In this document: positions 62,570 to 64,000 of the stretch, piece after piece
How the letters are laid out: each line of letters opens with the position of its first letter
Position numbering within the stretch: position 1 is the first letter of the stretch
Assembly (NCBI RefSeq): GCF_018350175.1
Contig: NC_058368.1
Coordinates: 231,448,001-231,512,000, forward strand
Source of the DNA: Felis catus
Lineage: Eukaryota
Length of the DNA stretch: 64,000 nucleotides
Direction of reading: 5' to 3'
Translations under genes and position numbers: made by a program
The notes under the pieces: generated by a model
What the model was told of the DNA's origin: nothing
Database searches by the model: none
What the model saw: the letters and a program-made list of their open reading frames with translations, nothing else

Positions 62570-62772
62570 GGGGCACCCAGTGGCTCTGTCGGTTATGCGT
62601 CGACTCTTGATTTTGGCTCAGGTCATGATCTCACGGTCATGAGTCTGAGCCCCGCATCCGGCTCTGCACTGACAGCACAGAGCCTGCTTGGGATTCTCTC
62701 TCTCCCTCTTTCTCTGTCCCTCCCCTGCTCACATTCTCTCCTGTCTCTCGAAATAACTAAATAAACATTTAG
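62570..62772 (+). mobile_element. Can-SINE
   Basis: TSD aaaaatattgattata (62554-62569) / aaaaatattgattaca (62773-62788). Confidence 0.95.
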
Positions 62773-62855
62773 AAAAATATTGATTACATGTTGTAATGAT
62801 ATTTTGAATATATTGGGTTAATAAAGTTTTTATACAATTATTAAAATTAATTTCA

Positions 62856-63114
62856 ATAACAACCTTCTGGTTATAAGATGAAGTAAATCATGGAATGGAA
62901 TGTGCAGCATGGTGACTACTTAATGACAGCGTGTTGCATGTTTGGAAGTTGCAAAGAGAGTAGATCTTAAGAGCCCTCATCATAAAGAAAAGAGCTGTAA
63001 CCCTGCATGGTGAGTGATGTTAACTACATTTACACTGGTGATCACTGTCACAGTATATACGAATACCAAATCATTATATTGTTGACCTGAAACTCACATA
63101 ACATTCTCAGTAAG
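62856..63114 (+). mobile_element. 5'-truncated L1 (L1MA9-like 3' end)
   Basis: aagttgcaaagagagtagatcttaa...aaatcattatattgttgacctgaaact; perfect 13-bp TSD aaaattaatttca (62843-62855 / 63115-63127). Confidence 0.88.
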
Positions 63115-63161
63115 AAAATTAATTTCACCATTTTTTTTTTCACTTTAAAATGTGTGGGGTT

Positions 63162-63377
63162 GGGGCGCCTGGGTGGCTCAGTCAGTTGAGCGTCTGACTT
63201 CAGCTCAGGTCATGATCTCGAGATTCATGAGTCTGAGCCCCCTGTTGGGCTCTGTGCCGACAGCTCAGAGCCTAGAGCCTGCTTCGGATTCTGTGTCTCC
63301 CTCTCTCCCTCTGTCTCTCTCCTGCTCACTCTCTCTCTCTCTCTCTCAAAAGTAAATAAAAACATTAATAAAAATTG
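63162..63377 (+). mobile_element. Can-SINE
   Basis: Full body; TSD-like aaatgtgtggg / aaacgtgtggg. Confidence 0.95.
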
Positions 63378-63660
63378 AAACGTGTGGGTACTAGAAAACT
63401 TAACATTTTTACCTGTGTTTACATTATAATTTGCTGGACAGCACTGCTCTGGGTTATAGAAACAGATTAGGTTGAATCTCTCATATACGTGATTATGCTT
63501 TCTTTAAGACATTTGGAAGTTCCCCACTTTAAAAAACAAGTATCCCTAATTTTGTGAATTTCCTCTTTATGCAACCTAGTTCCAGAGGGCTCACCAAGCA
63601 TGTCACCCCATTGATCAAACCCCCATTTGTCAATGTCCCCCTTAAAAATATGCTGTATAT

Positions 63661-63888
63661 GGGGTGCCTGGGTGGCTCAGGGGGTTAAGCGTCCGACTTT
63701 GGCTCAGGTCGTGATCTTGTGGTCCGTGGGTTCGAGCCCCGCATCGGGCTCTGTGCTGACAGCTCAGAGCCTGGAGCCTGCTTCGGATTCTGTGTCTCCC
63801 TCTCTCTCTGCCCCTCCCTGCTCACGCTCTGCCTCTCTCTCTGTCTCTCAAAAATAAATAAATGTTAAAAAAGAAAAAAAAGAAAAAA
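63661..63888 (+). mobile_element. Can-SINE
   Basis: Full body with a long A-rich tail. Confidence 0.96.
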
Positions 63889-64000
63889 AACGCTGTCTGC
63901 AATTGCATGTAATAATGGCTGACTGTGGTTTAGAAAGGGCGCAGAAGTAGAGTATGAGGGCTGGAATCTGCATGACACGGTCCGAGATTGCTCGTAGCCT

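Larger units (their letters stand above)
62437..63446 (-). mobile_element. MER33-like hAT-Charlie element, interrupted by SINE, L1 and SINE
   Basis: Pieces: ggcagccactggccgcttgtggcta...atattgattacatgttg...atatattgggtta...aaaattaatttcacc...actagaaaac...tggacagcactg. Confidence 0.8.

Noticed and set aside
6520..63857. Recurrent similar peptides (e.g. AQVMIS...SPASGSVLTAQSLEPASDSVSPSLS) suggesting a gene family
   Set aside because: They are translations of Can-SINE sequence.
1..64000. CRISPR array, operon or other novel microbial-type system
   Set aside because: No regularly spaced repeats and no gene-dense coding. The repeat content is unambiguously carnivore genomic DNA.

Overview
Mammalian non-coding genomic DNA, almost certainly from a felid (cat-like): it contains about 23 tRNA-derived Can-SINEs, three of them of a very young cat-type subfamily. 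I find no credible host protein-coding exon, RNA gene, CpG-island promoter or prokaryote-like system. The listed ORFs are chance or repeat-derived. Only two translations are recognisable: an L1 ORF2 C-terminal relic (18443-18838, minus strand) and a faint CR1/L3 reverse-transcriptase relic (~43.6 kb). Much of the window is repeats: Can-SINEs, L1 3' fragments, L2, MIR, many MLT/MER21/MER34-like solo LTRs, and hAT DNA transposons (MER45A, MER69B/Arthur, MER119, MER5A, MER20, MER53 and MER33-like). Between them are repeat-free, AT-rich blocks dense in transcription-factor motifs that look like candidate enhancers in a gene desert or large intron. The best-supported observations are: a twin-primed, 5'-inverted L1 that shares its target site with a SINE inside a MER119-like element; a young SINE inserted antisense into another SINE's tail, making an inverted pair; a MER33 interrupted three times; a solo ERV LTR with a 4-bp target-site duplication (TSD); and a candidate non-coding exon. 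I see no evidence for a genuinely new biological system. Repeat family names come from my recall of consensus sequences, not from a database search, and old-repeat boundaries are approximate.
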